Assembly: GCA_001600815.1 (NCBI GenBank)
Contig: BCKZ01000004.1
Location: 372,001 to 436,000 of the forward strand
Length of the DNA stretch: 64,000 nucleotides
Origin: Alloascoidea hylecoeti
Taxonomy: Eukaryota
Direction: 5' to 3'
A model generated the notes under the pieces. It made no database searches. It was not told where the DNA came from and saw only the letters and a list, made by a program, of their open reading frames with translations. Of the stretch, positions 61,953-64,000 are shown piece by piece. The first letter of the stretch is position 1, and each line of letters begins with the position of its first letter. Both the position numbers and the translations under genes were made by a program.

Positions 61953-62558
61953 TGAGTCAGTATACTGGTATAGTTCACTTTAAACGGCGGCAAATGTGCA
62001 GTTGCAGTCGCAGTCGATAGTTTGATTGGGACGGTTGAATATCTTTATACATTATAATTAGTCATCATAATGATAGTCTTACTGAATATTGTAGTACATT
62101 ATCGATTGAATATCTTCAGAAATATAGACATTTAACCCCGATATATACTGACGTGAATCATTCTCCGGTGTCTTGGGATGAATTTTATGAGTCAATTGCA
62201 AGGAACTTTTTATGCATATGGATTGTCAAAATCAGTACTGATATAAGAGTTTATTCCATTGGTACTTATAATCTTGTTACTAATACTAGCAATTAGGCGA
62301 AGGTCACGTGCTTGCTCCAACGCCATTGCAGTACCATCGCATCACAGCCCACGCTCCTTCGTTATTATTGCCAACATCAACCATAGGGATTCTGCGGTGG
62401 TATTGCCTATAATCACTAAGTAGCAACCTCTTACATGATCCAATGTTCTAAAATAAGCGGGAACGAATGCTTCCAACTAGCACATCATGTTAAAGTGTAT
62501 AATTATCAAGTTGTTATAATTAGCTATAAGCATAAATTTAGACATTAATCGTGACTCA
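61953..62558. promoter_or_regulatory. Three Gcn4/AP-1 sites (61953, 62188, 62552) and a TCACGTG E-box (62304) upstream of the BUL1-like gene
   Basis: Exact TGASTCA heptamers and TCACGTG. Confidence 0.5.
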
Positions 62559-62691
62559 CCGATTTCCGCTACAACTTACCGTATGTGAATCTTAAAATAT
62601 CAAATCACTCGTAATATAAAAATTGAGCTTTCTATATAATGGTTGAAATTCCCGTTTATAAATTTATAATTATATCAGCCATCATAAAATC

Positions 62692-64000
62692 ATGAGGCTC
62701 AATAACTCCTTGGATAATATTAGCCTTAGATCCACTGCTACAGAAGCTACATCTAGTAATAGATCTACAACCTCAGTTACTAACACCTCAAGCAATTGCA
62801 ACACTCTTTTGAATTATTCAACGGAAGAGAAATATACAAATGTTCCTATCACTGGAAGCCCACAGTGGAACACTGCAATAGATTCATCAATTAGATTAAA
62901 AGATCCAATTACAAATAAAACTTCTTTAGTTTCTGAATATACTAACGGCGATACAATAGAGGGAGAACTAATGATCTCTCTACCACCAAGGAAAGAGTTT
63001 ATTAATGGTGTAAAATTAGCGGCTGCTTTGATAACTTTTGATGGCAAATGCGTCGTTGATGATTTTGTTGACCTGCCTTGTATTCAAACTCGAAGGTTTA
63101 GTAAACATTCAATAACCTTTTTAAGAATGAGAAATCACGATGATAGTTATATATTTAATGAAGAAGATGCAATTGATCATCATGATTGTAAATTTCATAA
63201 AGATACTGATGGGACATATATTGGATTACCAAATGATGGAGTTTTAAGGACAAAAACACAATATAAAGTACCATTTAAATTTAAAATACCATATATGTTG
63301 CATGAAGGAGCAAGTTCATTAAAAACACACTACTCATCACTTCCTCCAACATTTGGAATTAATAAAAAATTTGGAATGAAGATAACCGATTGGAAAGGTG
63401 ATTATCCAGATGAAATCAATCGCAATATATCACCAGTTTTAGGTTACAGTAGAATTCATTCAAATAATACATGCCTTTTAATAGTGAATGACCTTAGTCC
63501 TAAATACCCATCAATTTCATATGCAGTTAATGTTGAACTAATTGGATATAACCTTTTCAAAGAATCAGCTCCTTTAGAAGTACTAAAATCATTTAATCAG
63601 GATGTGAGAATTATCCCAACTGGGTTTTTTTACTGTTTGGCAGAAGAAATGGCACAAGATTTAATCCTGAAAACTTTGAAAGAAGATGCCATGCCACAGG
63701 TAAATGATCATGAATGTCGTGTTCGCCATGAAAAACAACAGTATTGCAAGAGATATTCAATACTGGATAATACTATATTATCTTTGGAAAGGGAAAAGGC
63801 TATTAGCAATTTCAAAATCATGCAAAAAAAACGAGCAAGTATCTCATCATCAAACTCCCAATTGCAATCTATTTTCAAAGGGTCATTAAACATGACTTCT
63901 GAGATACCAAGACAAGGATTTCAATATGTTGCCCCAAATTTAATCAAAAAGTTTAGAGATAGAGAAAAACAAAAAGGATGTACTGAACCTCCACCAAATT
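62692..64000 (+). CDS. Bul1-like arrestin-related ubiquitin ligase adaptor; 3' end beyond the window
   Basis: Open frame from ATG 62692 to the window end: EYTNGDTIEG, DGTYIGLPNDG..YKVPFKFKIP, HYSSLPPTFG, LGYSR, SISYAVNVELIG and VRIIP. Confidence 0.88.
   Translation, partial: MRLNNSLDNISLRSTATEATSSNRSTTSVTNTSSNCNTLLNYSTEEKYTNVPITGSPQWNTAIDSSIRLKDPITNKTSLVSEYTNGDTIEGELMISLPPRKEFINGVKLAAALITFDGKCVVDDFVDLPCIQTRRFSKHSITFLRMRNHDDSYIFNEEDAIDHHDCKFHKDTDGTYIGLPNDGVLRTKTQYKVPFKFKIPYMLHEGASSLKTHYSSLPPTFGINKKFGMKITDWKGDYPDEINRNISPVLGYSRIHSNNTCLLIVNDLSPKYPSISYAVNVELIGYNLFKESAPLEVLKSFNQDVRIIPTGFFYCLAEEMAQDLILKTLKEDAMPQVNDHECRVRHEKQQYCKRYSILDNTILSLEREKAISNFKIMQKKRASISSSNSQLQSIFKGSLNMTSEIPRQGFQYVAPNLIKKFRDREKQKGCTEPPPN

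Noticed and set aside
62800..62815. Programmed +1 frameshift at CTT-TT in the BUL1-like gene
   Set aside because: Recounting shows the frame is continuous from ATG 62692.

Overview
AT-rich, intron-containing budding-yeast (Saccharomycotina-type) nuclear DNA. CTG encodes invariant Leu positions, so the standard code applies. About 20 intact housekeeping genes are present: a partial fatty-acid desaturase, YHM2, CBP6, ACO2, an MCH-type MFS transporter, a type II flavin monooxygenase, an MDM36-like gene, a PP2C (PTC2/3/4), TPS1, CUE2, STE20, SHU1-like, LAG1/LAC1, HSE1, RPL14, BYE1, AUR1, divergent H4/H3, SFP1-like, MIH1 and a partial BUL1-like gene. Between them lie decayed DNA segments: a pogo-like transposase relic, possible retroelement relics, a MITE-like element, and four disrupted genes related to protein turnover (BUL1-like, MFB1/FBXO21-like F-box, CUB1-like, F-box/WD40). 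The most notable structures are (1) a perfect 43-bp nested inverted repeat in the H3/H4 promoter whose core motif recurs as a palindrome in the BYE1/AUR1 promoter, (2) a very tightly packed LAG1>SHU1>STE20 unit in which SHU1 and STE20 share a frame across a single TGA, (3) sharp GC peaks near gene 5' ends, and (4) conservation of a gene block that is centromere-linked in S. cerevisiae. All identifications come from reading motifs and from recalled gene order, not from database searches.
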